A stretch of 64,000 nucleotides of DNA from the NCBI GenBank assembly GCA_030141605.1, contig JAQGDQ010000454.1, positions 62,001-126,000 on the forward strand, given 5' to 3'. This DNA comes from Tubiluchus corallicola. Lineage: Eukaryota > Animalia > Priapulida. Position 1 is the first letter of the stretch. The number at the start of each line of letters is the position of its first letter. Position numbers and translations under genes: made by a program. The notes below the pieces were generated by a model. It made no database searches. It was not told where the DNA came from and saw only the letters and a list, made by a program, of their open reading frames with translations. Positions 26,369 to 39,761 of this stretch are shown piece after piece.

Positions 26369-27009
26369 TATTAAGTGAGCATACAAAACACTCGTGGATT
26401 GTTAAAAGCTCACCTTCTGTTTTTAGTGGCGTCTAAATTTTTTGAATCTTTATACTATTACTGTGAGAGACATGTTACACCCCTTAAAAGGTGGTTTGGT
26501 CCAGAATGGAATACAACCGTTCTATTATTATAAGTGGCGATTGTGGACATGAATCTATTGACATGGGAGGGGTATGAATATCGAATTATTATTGGCGGTT
26601 CTGATAATCTATTCGACACTTTTTGCTTGCCATCTGTGGTAGGCTGTTGTGTTGTGGTGACGTTCTGCCAAACTGTGTCCATATTTCTACTGCCAAATCA
26701 CTGAAAAGAACGTTTAAATTTGTCTTTGAAAAAGTGACAGGTTTCGGTTTTTGATTATTATGGTTTTTCCTTGTTGTGGAGGTAAATATTTGTGATTTGA
26801 TTTGAGCAAAACACTGTTAGCTTGGGACAGTGAATGTATCTGTCGCGACAGGTATCTCACGGAATGACAGGGTTCCTGTGTAAATAAGTGTAGCCAACTT
26901 TAACCAACATTTTTTGAATCCGTGTGATTTGGTGACGATCTTTCTATGGACAGGTCTATTTCGTTCCTTTGAACTGTCTGTATTTACGGAGTTACAGAGG
27001 GTTTATATC

Positions 27010-27631
27010 TTAAAGCAAAACCAAACCCAATCTTAAACTGCAGGTCAAAAGAATCCACTCTTTGAAATATTGAAAGGAAACTATTTTTTTCAAAAATGGT
27101 TTACGTGAAAGAATTATTACCGCACAAACACAATTTCACGTTCGCGCCACTAGTTTTTCGCTGTTACATGTATTTCGCTATTCGCTAGTTAGACGGGCAC
27201 TAACACCTGCATTTCAGAAATGCGTTGCATAAGAAATAGGTGCTGTACCTTCCAGTTCAGTGTGTTAGTTTGTGACGAACTACCCACGTTCGACAACTCA
27301 TGCGTGAGCACAGCAGTAAATTTGAAATTTGAATTTTTACCTTAAAACTAGCCTAGTTTTAATACAACACACTGAATGTCTTACAGTAGCACTGTATTTC
27401 AATTTTCGCTTTCGCAAACACGTGCAACATGCTTGTGGAACATTTTTGCTGTTGAAATTTATGTTAATTTGTGATGTCATCAATAGTTGTTCTCTCCCGC
27501 CGTTAATTAAGTTTTTAACCTAATATTTAATTATAAGAAACGCTTTTGCAGTATTAATTGTGTTAAAATGTTTATTTTTTATGAGATTTGAAAATGGGGC
27601 AGTATATGAAAAATCATCCTGTCTTCCTTTA
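27010..27631 (+). mobile_element. Family A MITE, full length
   Basis: TTAAAGCAAAACC ... TCCTGTCTTCCTTTA. Confidence 0.9.
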
Positions 27632-28124
27632 TGTCTATACCTGGTATTTTTTCTCTTCCGGTTATAGATTCAACCTTAATTAGACTCAAAACAGCTGCCC
27701 GTCTACAATTAACTTATGATGAATCACTACCGCTATATTGATGTGTGACCACGAGAGCTGGTTTTTTTTTACCGGCCGCTATTAATCTCAGTGATATATG
27801 AGTGTTGCCATTATTGTACGTTGACATTGTTTTGCTTGGATGATCAAATTGTGAGTTAAACGAGTATAATTATGCAATTTATCAGAATATTTGATGTCAA
27901 AACGGCGGTTAATGTGGAATAAACATTGGGGGTTGACAGCCACAACTGCCAAAATTAAGTATGCACCCCATCCGTCATAAATGATTACGGTTCAAAACAT
28001 TTTCTTCGAAAAACACTTAATCATCATTGTGGTGCCTCATTTTCGGTTAAAGGGGGAGGTTTATGCTGATAAAATGGGGAAAAAATTAATTAGGCCAAGA
28101 TTGGAAGCTTGGATTTGTGAAAGT

Positions 28125-28840
28125 CAGTGGCGGCTCATAGCTAAAATTACTGGGGTTGCTGTTTCAGAACAATTTCTAGCCATTGTTTTAATACTGTGTA
28201 AAACGTAACTAATATAATTATGTAATTTGTAATTGTAATTTTAAACAAACAAATATACGAGATTTTATGCATAAACTTGCTTTTGCTAATTGCTTTTACT
28301 GATCACTTAAGTTGTCGCAGTTGAAGCTTGATCCGTTCACGGTAAACACGTGACGACTGACAACAGACTGTAGGAGCGACAGTACTTTGTCTACCTAGCA
28401 GCAGGTTGCAGCAGTGCAGCGTGTTAAACGAAACAAATTTTAATGTTGTAATTTGTAATTGTAATTTGAAACAAAGATATGAAAGTTTATACAAAAACTT
28501 GATAAAATCCTAAACAAAAAATGTTTTTTGCTTACTAATAGCCTAAATTGTCGCAGTTCAAGCTTGACTCATTCGCGGTAAGCACGTGACAACTGACAAC
28601 AAACTGTGTGAGCGACAGTACTTTCTCTACCTTGGCTCAGACATGTGCGCATGGCCTCGTTGCTGGAGCGTACTGTGCTGGGCTGTGAAGCAAACAGTAC
28701 TACCCCCACGTGCTCTTGTTCTGCACAAGTATAAAAAAGAACTAAAGTAAAAAGACTTATTATATTGAATATTATCAATAATAATGAGTGAAAATAGGGG
28801 GCGCTGCAGTTGCACAGTACCTATACACGAGCTGCCGCTG
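28125..28840 (+). mobile_element. Family C MITE, composite with duplicated interior
   Basis: CAGTGGCGGCTC ... GAGCTGCCGCTG; interior block present twice in two diverged versions. Confidence 0.85.
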
Positions 28841-28888
28841 TAGCAGAGTAAGTTTTTTTAACTAACACTGATTGATAACTGATAACAC

Positions 28889-29329
28889 AAAAATATTCCA
28901 CGAGGGTGTTACACCTGTTTGCGAAAGAGAAAATTGAAGTACAGTGCCACTGTAAGATTTTCAGTGAGTTGTACTAAAACTAGATAAGTTTTAAGATAAA
29001 AATAATTCTAATTTCAAATTTACCGCCGTGTTCACGCGCGAGCTGTCGAATGTGTGTAGTTCGTCACAAACTAACACCACTGAACTGAGAGGTACAGCAC
29101 CTGTTTTTTTGCAATGCATTTCCGAAATGCGGGCGCTAGGGCCCGTCTAACGAACGAATGGCGAAATGCATGTAACGGCGAAGAACTAGTGGCGCGAATG
29201 TAACATTGTGTTTATGTGGTAATAATTCTTTCACATAAGTCATTCATTAAAAATAGTATGTTTTCTTTCAATATTTTAAAGAGAAGATTGTTTTGACCTA
29301 CAGTTTAAGATTGGTAATTTTGCCTTAAA
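28889..29329 (-). mobile_element. Family A MITE, partial
   Basis: Matches the left two-thirds of family A; followed directly by a family B right end (29328-29451). Confidence 0.85.
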
Positions 29330-29950
29330 TTTTATACAGCGTTGCTGCTACTGCAAGTTCTGTGGGCAATAAGGCAGTACGTAGGTGGTACAAAATTTCA
29401 AGTCGAATTGTTTGGGCTTCATTTATGAAGAGTGTGATTTTTGTTCTTTAACGACCAGATATAATACCGTGAAAACTATTTAAATAATAAATAATAATAA
29501 ACACCTTGTTTTACAAACATAAACAGAAGTACAATTAGCAAATCACACACTTAAATAAACAACTTATACAGCAACATGTCCCTACAAATACAGGGCTCTT
29601 TTTAAGAGTAGTTGATTAAAAATACCGTAATTTATAACAAACACATCTACATATATATCACAGGCTGATTAAATCTCTCGCTGATTTACCTGCCTATTAA
29701 CGTCACTATTTCAAGTATACGTTGTGCAAACACACTTACTGCATGTAAGCAAAGGAGAAAGAGTCGAACTGAAAACCTCACCTTTTGATAATGCTGAACG
29801 CTTACCTGGCGGTGTTTGATTACCTGTGCCAGCGGCGTCTTTTGATTTACCGTTTAACGGCTCTTTTAAGTGCGCATTAAATTGAGTAAAGAGTTAAGCG
29901 TATCAGGTGAGCTGGTTACCTGAACCAAAAGACCTAGTTCAGATGTCGCG

Positions 29951-30041
29951 ATGGCCGTGGGGAAGGATCGAACAGCGGCTGGGGGTGTGAGAAGAATTCC
30001 CGGGAAAAAGACGCAACGTCTGAGACGCGTTCGTTACGCTG
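29951..30041 (+). CDS. GRIP: Candidate distal alternative first coding exon of GRIP
   Basis: gcgATGG start gives MAVGKDRTAAGGVRRIPGKKTQRLRRVRYA, then a perfect donor G|gtaagt in phase 1. GC/CpG-rich patch; in-frame TGA upstream at 29921. Confidence 0.55.
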
Positions 30042-30526
30042 GTAAGTTTGAATTACGCTTGTTGTGGAGATCCATTAGAATTAAATAGATTATTGTAGAA
30101 TGTTCTATAGTATAGTAGAACAGTCTTCTTACCTTGTAGAAGTTTCGAGAACTTTCTATTTCTAGATTGTTCCTTTGCACTGATTTATAAGGCGGAGCTG
30201 GCCGCTGGAGTTTATTCTTTTGTATTCTCGTATTCTCAGATGCGCTTTCTCGTTTTCACGTTTCCAGATTATCACATTTACTGTAAACATTTCGCGTTCC
30301 TTCAAACTTTTGTGTTGTAGAATTCTCGCATAAACTAGTTTAATTTGACGACGTGTTTTCTGATTTTCTCTACGAGCCTTCTGAGAGAAACAAAACACAA
30401 CAACGTTTTGGCGGTGTAATTAAATTTCGTAAAACTTTATTTATGTAATTTCTTTCTATATAAATCAAAACAAAATAGTCAATGACAAAAATTACAGTTT
30501 TGCTCTTGTTAACTTCCGGTTATACA

Positions 30527-30939
30527 CAGGGGCGTATAGACACTTTACGACGCCTGAGGCTGATAGTTCTGCCCCGCCCATCTCTATTGTGAATTTATGG
30601 TTGTTTATGTAAAAAGCGTATCAAACAATTACTTGTGGTGTATTAGAGACACCATTAACCTGTTTCTACGTGGTCATTATTAATTACATGTATATGCATA
30701 GCGTTTATATTCAAGTACGCTGCTCAACTGTTTATTGCGTAATACCTTGCACCTGTTCGTTATGTGGCACTTATATAAAAGCTGTCCTCAGTAACAGCCT
30801 GTGGCGTGTTAAAAATGCGCCCTTTACCTGAATGTGAAAGTATACACATTTTCCGAGGAGGATAAGAATTTTTTCTAAAATGTGGCGCCCTGGCGCCCTA
30901 AGATATTGCCTAGTTAGCCTATTGGTTAATACGCCCCTT
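30527..30939 (+). mobile_element. Family D hAT-like MITE
   Basis: TIRs CAGGGGCGTAT ... ATACGCCCCT. Confidence 0.85.
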
Positions 30940-32499
30940 TGCAACAATTTTGGTATCACTGTTTTGCTCTTGTTAACTTCCGCTTTGCACAATCACAGTG
31001 ATTAGAGGACGACCTGTTGCGTGGCTTCATAGCTCTGGCAGCAAGACATACAGGCTGTAGTTACAAAGAACGTCGCCAGGTGTCAGCACGACGGGCGGTC
31101 GTTTCTTTGATATGCACGGTAACTAAATCAGTCTAAGCACGTGTCAGCACCCGCCGCTGTGTGTTTTTATGAATAATTTGCAGGCATACGGTTATGGATT
31201 TGTGCCATATGCCTGCCCGTGGTATCGCATGGCAGAGCTAGTAAACAGAGCAATGTAAACAACAGTGCATAGCTTCGAATTGCTGCTCAAAGATTTCTCA
31301 TCCTTCTCTCTGCCCCACCCCCTCTATCTCTCTCTCTCTTCAGCTTATTTATTTCCATGAATACACTTTCCTATTTACATGGGAACACTTTTGCTATGCA
31401 TTCTGAGCGGACTTTTGTATAATCTCCGATTTCTCTGTTAAAGGGTTAAACAAGAGCTGGTATTTTTAAAACCCTTGCTTAATATTAACCAGAGCGGAGC
31501 ATAAAAACTCAGAAAATATGCAGTTTTTCTGCTAAACAAACTGGATTGGTGACTTTAGTTCCCACACTATCTGTTATCATTATAATGCCAGCTGTTCTCA
31601 GTAATTACCTTCATCTTTAACTGATTAATGATTTAATTATAATTTCATTAGTACGTCTTTCGACGCCATGTCTGTTTCTCTCTCTCGATTTCGTCTCAGT
31701 GTTTTGAATAGTTTTGAACGCACAAAAATACACGAACGAATTTTAGTCATGACGTCATCGACGGTTTCCGATTTTCTGATATTTATTTCCTGTTAGCAAA
31801 TTTATATATGTTCTGTTTATTCGCCGCTATTGTAGCGCTGGTTAAATTTCCTGGGCGGGCTTAGCACCACCTAACGGCTATTTTTAATAATTCTGCGTCG
31901 AGTGTTTTTTTTTTGTTTCGAAGTTGAGCTTGTTATAAGCAGACGATTTATTGCTTGGGAGACGTGGTACTTTGGCACTTATTTTACCATGCTTTCATAA
32001 ATTCTTATTTGTGTTTTGATGTAGTTCATTGACGCTATAAATGTTTTGTACAAGACACAATGTTAAACTTTGATTTGGCCGTGGTGTTCAGGAATTCCTT
32101 TGATTTAATCTGGTTACTCTGGTGCAATAATTATCGTGGCGCCCCCTGTGTTACATGACCTATCATACGCTGAACGTTAATGTGACACATTGATGCTCGC
32201 TCTAAGATTCTACCCAGAACCGCGGAGGGGCATCTGGTTTTAACATGGAAAGCTTTGCTTGGCTATTGTGGGCTTTCGTCGACTCGTGGCGTATACATTT
32301 TTGTGTCATTATCAACATTGTTGCACGTAAACGAAATCTTTAGTGAAGCTTTGTGATCAAGCCTTGCATTGTCGTTGTTGGTGTTCCGCAGAGAGCAGTT
32401 CTAGGTCCCATTCTTAATAACTGCTATATGAGTTATTATGCCTGTATAATAACGAAATTACATGGCATTAGTTTAAACCTGGTTTAATATTTTGGTCTA

Positions 32500-32500
<1 letters not shown>

Positions 32501-32562
<62 letters not shown>

Positions 32563-32578
32563 TAACAATAACAATAAC

Positions 32579-32676
<98 letters not shown>
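32501..32676. repeat. (TAA)n microsatellite
   Basis: Direct inspection; similar tracts at 15398-15490 and 60956-61128. Confidence 0.97.
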
Positions 32677-32677
<1 letters not shown>

Positions 32678-32936
32678 GACACTTTAATGCTTTTTGTTAT
32701 TTTTTGCAATTTTTTTATTGAAATTCATTTTTAGCCGAGACCTAGGAAAATTATTACGTTATACCTAAATAAAAGAGTTCTGGCACACTTACTATTCAAA
32801 AAACAAGTTGCATAACTTTCTCAATCTCGCTCTTACTTAATGAATAGCTAACAGTTCTTGTAATCGTGTTCCTAACTTCAGTGCCATATCTACTCACTGA
32901 AACGCTGAAAGGGTTTTATATAGGTTATACCTGCTA

Positions 32937-33315
32937 GCCAATCAGCATTTGATTGATTGTCCAGTGTTTTTTACAGTAAATGTACTTATAATATTTCTTA
33001 TCAAATAAAAATATTTTTAAACTAAGTAGAAGAGTGGAACATCACAAGCCGATCTTCCATCAAATGATCTCCTAAACGAGAATTGTTTCCTCGTTACACA
33101 TTTCCACCGGCAAGTTCTAAATTATTTTCTTGGATCCGCCCTAATTTCCCAACGCACACACCTAGGCTGTTACAAACAGTTATGCAAAACAGTGCTCACT
33201 GCTCATCCGGTTCAGACGTTCAGCGAAGAAGCCAGGAGGGGAAGCTGGATTTGCTCCGTCGAAGATTCAATCAGTGCCCGGAAAATTTGTTTATATTGAT
33301 AGTTTTATGACCTCG
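32937..33315 (+). promoter_or_regulatory. Possible promoter plus non-coding exon
   Basis: GCCAATCAG (CCAAT box) at about 32937, CCGCCC at about 33136, GC-richer tract 33190-33300, donor-like TCG|gtaaag at 33316. Confidence 0.25.
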
Positions 33316-33737
33316 GTAAAGTGGTTTTTGTGTTGAAAAAGTGCTTTTACTCGTTTGAGATTAGAATGTTTGTTCGCTGTTGAAAATCCTGTTCACGTTT
33401 GTGCGTCGTCGAAAGAGTAAAATCCGAGTTAGAAAAACTTGTTGTGGCACTTGGTTGATAATGCTGGTTGTTAAGCAGCTTACTACCAATGTTTTTTATA
33501 TTTGTCTTGAGTGGTAGAATGTGTTCAATTAACCGTTACGGAGATTCTAATTTGTTTGGGAAATCACCTGTGCGCCTCTACGCGGCAGAACAGTACTTGT
33601 GAAAGATTGTCGATTATTCAGTTATCTAGTGATAGATTGTGATATTCAGACATTTCATTCGTTTGTCTGAAATTTGACGATCTTTCAATTCGTTTCTTAT
33701 GTTTCTCTTATTTGAGCCAAGAAGTTTTACCTGAAAC

Positions 33738-34016
33738 TCCGATAGTTTAGATGGTGCAGTTATATGTAAAACCTGGCCAGGTTTAGATAAGTTACTTAAA
33801 AATAAATAAATAAATAACTCAAGTTACTTAAGTTACTTAAATGGTACTTCAATAATAGTTGAAGTAAGTTAAGAAGTGCGTGAAGAAATGTAGAGAAGCG
33901 TCCATAGTTTAGATGACGCAGTTAGTTACATGTAAAACCACGCCAGTTTAGATAAGTTACTTAAGTGATGCTTCAACAGTAGATGAAGAAGTAAGTTAAG
34001 AAGTCGATGAAGCAAT
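33738..34016. repeat. Diverged tandem duplication
   Basis: atagtttagatg..gcagtta..atgtaaaacc..gccag.tttagataagttacttaa at 33742 and 33904. Confidence 0.75.
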
Positions 34017-34359
34017 TATAGTAATTCATAACCTACATATTACAGCATGACGAGACATTATTCTGTTAGTCGTAGAAATCCAATAGGCCTCACTTCAAGG
34101 CACCTTTTCTGTCAGCAGGTTTTGATTTAACAAGTTTAGCTCTAGCATGATCAGTATGTCCAGTTTGAATGCCACTACCGGTATGTAAAATGTAAAAAAC
34201 TGCTTTTTGTGAAAAACTATTAATACCGTTTAACTTATCTAAAAAGTTGGATAATTTGAGCTTAAAGACCCATTAGTTAATATGAGTTTTCTCCTGTTCT
34301 AGAGTAGTCCCTGTCTTTTTCGGTTTTTATTCTTTTAGTCTAGCCATTTGTAATTGTGT

Positions 34360-34929
34360 TTAAGCAAGACGGGACCCAATCTTAAACTGTAGGTCAAAAC
34401 AATCTACTGAATAAAATATTGAAAGGAAACATACTATTTTTTCAAAAATGATTTGTGCAAAAGAATTATTACCACATAAACACAGTTTCACATTCGCGTC
34501 ACTAGTTCTTCGCTGTTACATGCACTAGCACCTGCATTTCGGAAACGCATTGCACAAAAAACAGATACTGTACCTTTCAGTTCAGATGTGTTAGTTTGTG
34601 ATGAACTACGCACGTTGGACAGCTCATGCGTAAGCATAGCGGCAAATTTGAAATTTTGTCTTTAAACTTGCCTAGTTTTAGTACAACACACTGAATATCT
34701 TGCAGTAGCACTGTACTTTGGAATATTTTTGCTGTTGCAAATTATGTTAGTTTGTGATGTCATCAATAGTTGGGCTCGTTCACCGTTAATTAAGTTTTTA
34801 ATGTATTGTTTAATTATCAGAAACGCTTTTGCAGTGTTAATTGTGTTCAAATACATACTTTTTATGCGACTTGAAAATGGGGGGGGGGGGAGGATAGTGC
34901 ATGAAAAATCATCCTGTCTTCCTTTCTAA
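34360..34929 (+). mobile_element. Family A MITE with small internal deletions
   Basis: Both termini present; aligns with 27010-27631. Confidence 0.88.
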
Positions 34930-35388
34930 GAAGAGATTGTGCTTTCTGGTATTTCTTGTTTGAAGATTGTTTTTGATTTATTATTGCCTGCGTTTAATTT
35001 AGAATTTGAACACACTTAAATTTTGATAACGAATAAATCCGGTCTTTTTACATGTCCCCCCACTCGTTATCCTTATCACTGATGTTAGTTTGTGTTTGTA
35101 ATTTTGACCATTAGTGCAAAATCTCGTTCAGCTGTTGCCCCATCTAGCGGCTAATTTCTTGCAGCTGGTTTGTGTGGGCTCTGTGGGCAGACGGTTTTGT
35201 TTATTGTTAGTAAAACTCAAACTGAAGCAGCGGGTGTCTGGTTTCTGGGAGAAAAATCAACGTGGAATCTCTATTTCTTTGTATACATCTCTTGGAAAAC
35301 AGTCGAATAAGTAGAACTCTCTATACCCTATAGGCTGTAGCATCTTGACCTTGATCATAGTCTTAGAAAGTTTAAAAGTGTAACACCT

Positions 35389-35888
35389 AACCCTGTGTGG
35401 TACACTATTGTTGTAGTCCACGTTCCAGTTGCTTTGGTAACCCTGTGTGGTACAGCATTGTTCTAGCCCGCGTTCCAGTTGCTTTGGTAACCCTGTGTAG
35501 TACAGCATTGTTGTAGCCCACGTTCCGGTTGCTTTGGTAACCCTGTGTAGTACAGCATTGTTGTATCCCACGTTCCAGTTGCTTTGGTAACCCTGTGTAG
35601 TACAGCATTGTTGTAGCCCACGTTCCAGTTGCTTTGGTAACCCTGTGTAGTACAGCATTGTTGTAGCCCACGTTCCAGTTGCTTTGGTAACCCTGTGTGG
35701 TACAGCATTGTTGTAGCCCACGTTCCAGTTGCTTTGGTAACCCTGTGTAGTACAGCATTGTTGTAGCCCACGTTCCAGTTGCTTTGGTAACCCTGTGTAG
35801 TACAGTATTGTTGTAGCCCACGTTCCAGTTGCTTTGGTAACCCTGTGTGGTACAGTATTGTTGTAGCCCACGTTCCAGTTGCTTTGGT
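35389..35888. repeat. 50-bp minisatellite, 10 copies
   Basis: Unit aaccctgtgtagtacagcattgttgtagcccacgttccagttgctttggt, highly homogeneous. Confidence 0.97.
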
Positions 35889-36071
35889 GAATTCCATTAT
35901 CTGCTGCTTGACATTGTTGTCATTGTCGTTTCTTTACTTGTTTTGTAATAGCATTGCAGTCTTATTCAAGATCCAGTAGACAGATTGGCACTACAAAATT
36001 GTTATCTTTATTGTTCTTTCTGTATTCAGTATCAGCACCGTTCCCTCTGTCTTCTTTCTCGATCTTTTCTT

Positions 36072-36513
36072 CAGTGGCAGCTTGATGTTAAAATTAGTGA
36101 AAGTGATACATCAGAATTTTTTAGCCATTGTTTTTAATATTGTGTAAAACGAAGCTAACGTATTAACGTAAGTTTATTGTTGTCATTTTTTGCTTACTAA
36201 TAACCTAAATTGTCCTAATTCACGCTTGATCTATTCACGTTAAGCATGTAACAACTGACAACAAAATGTGTGAGCGACAGTACTTTCTTTGTCTGGGCTT
36301 GCGCATGCGCACAGCAGCCAAACACCACATTGCTTTAGCTGTGTGCACATTGTTTTTGGCTGTGAAGCAAACAGTACTATTCTCAGCTGCTCTGGTTTCA
36401 AACAAGTATAAAGAAAGAACTAAAGAAAAAGGCTTATTACATTGAATATTATCGATAATATCAAGTGAAAATAGGGGTGCTGCTGTTCCACACTATCTAT
36501 ACACGAGCCGCCA
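36072..36513 (+). mobile_element. Family C MITE
   Basis: CAGTGGCAGCTTG ... CGAGCCGCCA. Confidence 0.8.
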
Positions 36514-36834
36514 GCCACCCAAGTTTTCTTTATAGACGGGGTGATACTGTACCATCGCTTCACTAATAGCGTCCTTTCGAATGAAGCTAAAGCCATTCTC
36601 ATTCATGAGAGAAAAATTCTTTGAAGAGAATTTTTAGTTGAAGTTAGTTGTTACTGAACTGTGTTTTGTTCTCACGGTGTAGTCATTTTTATGGTAGTAT
36701 CGTTTAGGTAACTGAATGCCAGACAGAAGCAAATCTACTTGCAGTAAGTCCTCAAATTCAAAAAAATCTTCCACTCTTTTACTGAAAGCATCAATTTTTT
36801 TAAAGTAATTCTAATTAAACACTTTACTAACACA

Positions 36835-37031
<197 letters not shown>

Positions 37032-37461
37032 ATGTAATCATCAGATCTGTCTTATACAGAGATTGGTTTTTGGAAGCCAAGTTTGTTGGTATGACGAAGC
37101 TAGGTTAAGTAACCTACTGGGGATAATGGCAGCCCAGAATGGAGTATTCGATTGCTTTCGGTTCACAGCACGGATCAATTAAGGATCAATAAATCACCAA
37201 AATGGTGCCAGTATGGAAGTTGATAGGGTTTTTTCTTTTGGAAACTTGTCATGTTGGGCTGACGGCTGTTGTTAATTATTTGCCTCACAGGAAAGTATAT
37301 GTGAACAGTGAGGATAGATTTTAATGCTGTCTACAATATTGTGTCTGTTTGCTGTTGTAAAATCTTCTACACCTCTTTCCAGGTCTCCATTGCCACAAAT
37401 AAGTTTCTGTTTTGACGTTCTTAGGCGTCTCTTCTCTGCGTGCAGTTTTTTAAATGTCCAG

Positions 37462-37718
37462 GTTACCAACTGTGTTCTGGTTTGCTTCCCCTCTCAGACG
37501 TTCAGAACATCCTCCCCATCAGTGGCTTACCAACTGCGTTCTGGTTTTCTTACCCTCTCAGACGTTCAGAACATCCTCCCCATCAGTGGCTTACCAACTG
37601 CGTTTTGGTTTGCTTACCCTCTCAGACGTTCAGAACATCCTCCCCATCAGTGGCTTACCAACTGCGTTCTGGTTTGCTTACCCTCTCAGACGTTCAGAAC
37701 ATCTTCCCCACCAGTGGT
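37462..37718. repeat. 64-bp minisatellite, 4 copies
   Basis: Unit gcttaccaactgcgttctggtttgcttaccctctcagacgttcagaacatcctccccatcagtg. Confidence 0.95.
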
Positions 37719-38114
37719 GGCTTGTGTATAGATAGTGTGGAACTGCACCACTCCATATTTTCACTCAGTATTATCAATAATATTCATAAACATGGTGTTT
37801 GGCTGTTGTGCGCATGCGGGAATGCGCATATGTCTGAGCCCACGTAGAGGAAGTACTGTCACTCACACAGTTTGTTGTCAGTTGTCACGTGCTAACCGTG
37901 AATAAATCAATACTGCGACAATTTAGGCTATTAGTAAGAAAAATATTTTTTGTTTAGGACTTTTTCAAATTTATGTATAAATTTTCGTATGTTTGTTTGT
38001 TTAAAATTACAACGTTAAAAGTGCATATATTTGTTTCGTTTTCACAGTATTAAAACAATGGTTAACAATTTTCTGAAGTAACACCCCACTAATTTTAACT
38101 ACTGGCCGTAACTG
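37712..38114 (-). mobile_element. Family C MITE
   Basis: Reverse complement of 36072-36513; flanks ttccccac / ctccccct resemble a decayed 8-bp TSD. Confidence 0.8.
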
Positions 38115-38437
38115 CTCCCCCTTGATGTTTCTAATTTCTAATCCGTCTGTCACGTGTGAGTTTAAAAGCTAGTTTATAATTTAAGCTGGGATAGATGACG
38201 AAATAGCTAGGCTAAGCTTTGATGAGCTAGTCCTTGTAGTTGATTTTGTTACATTGATCTTTACGACTTGTATATTTGCTGTGTTTAGGGGTTCAAGTAT
38301 GCTCTACAGTTCTCAAAAATAACATTCCAGAGACGTGAAGTGTTGGAGTTTTTCTACCCCAAACTTTTGGTAAACTGAACTGTGATTAGTTCCAGGGGTA
38401 TTTATGCGAGTACCAAGAGGCTGAAGGGGTGGAAGTG

Positions 38438-38489
<52 letters not shown>

Positions 38490-38797
38490 AGTATTATTAG
38501 AGGTGGAAAGACAGAAAGGAAGAGGGAAACGAGAAAAGTAGAGGGAAAGAAAGAGAGAGAGAGAGAGAGAAAGGAGAAAAGAGAAAGAGAGAGAGAAAAA
38601 GAAGAAAAGAGAAAGAGAGAGAGGGAAAGAAACAGGAAGAGAGTGTGTGAGAGAGGGGAGAGAAAGAGAAAGCAAGAAAAGAGAGGGAGAGAGAAAGAGA
38701 GAGAGAGAGAAGAGAGAGGGAGAAAGAGAGAGAGAGAGAGAGAGAGAAGAAGAAGAAGAAAGAGAGAGAGAGTGAGAGAGAGAAAAAGAGAGAGGGG

Positions 38798-38828
<31 letters not shown>

Positions 38829-39761
38829 GGGGGGAGAGGGGAGAGGGAGAGAGAGAGAGAGAGAGAGCGGGGGGAGAGGGAGAAAGAGAGCAGGACAGAG
38901 AGAGGGAGAGAGAGGGGGGGAGAGTGGAGAGAGAGAGAGAGAGAGAGAGGGGAAGAGAGAGAGAGAGAGAGTCGTATATTTCAGAAAAAGATAGGAGAAC
39001 AACTACATAAAAAGAGAGGCAAAATGAAAGACTCTTGCTGTACATAAGTCTTGTTGATGCAAGCTTAAATTATTTTACTACACATTCCTGCCTTTCCTGC
39101 CTGGTTTCTCTGGAGGATTTACTACAGCAATAATCTCTGCCTGTTTCTCATATACAACCGGAAACATTCGCGGCCATTTTGTTTACTTTTGCTTGTTTTG
39201 CTGCATTCTCTTGCCATGTGTTTTTGCTTCCCTGCTGGACCCCCTTCTTGGCCAGGCAAAGTTAGTTTTAGGTAGTGGACACTAGCATTTTTTCAAGGTC
39301 AACACATCAGCTATTAGCAAAGCATATAATAGAGTACGTTCAAAACTCGGTTTGCTGGACAAAAGCGGGGAGGCATCCGTCCGAATTTGCTGATTGTCCG
39401 TATTTACCGATACTAAGCCAATATAGTAGGCGCCGAGTATTATACTAACGGTAATGCAGAATCGGTTACCTAATTGTCTGAAAAACGTCTAGTTCAAGCC
39501 GCTTCTATGCAAAAGTATATAAAAACGGCCAGCAATTGACTCAAATCGCTCGATTCTATAATAATTATTTTTATACATAGAGATATACACGTGGTTACAC
39601 TGACCAGCTTACGGTCAGCTCGTGAAACAACGAATTACGTTCGTATTATGCGGGACTTCTAATGGACCAGATTTTATCCGAATTTTCCGATATCCGCAAA
39701 ATCGATGTCCTCCAAACCGAGATATGAGAGTATGTTTACAATGTATATTGTGGAAGTGATC

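Noticed and set aside
35389-35888. CRISPR-like regular array with ORFs open in all three minus frames
   Set aside because: Head-to-tail 50-bp units with no unique spacers, no cas genes and a eukaryotic context; the ORFs are stop-free repeat artefacts.
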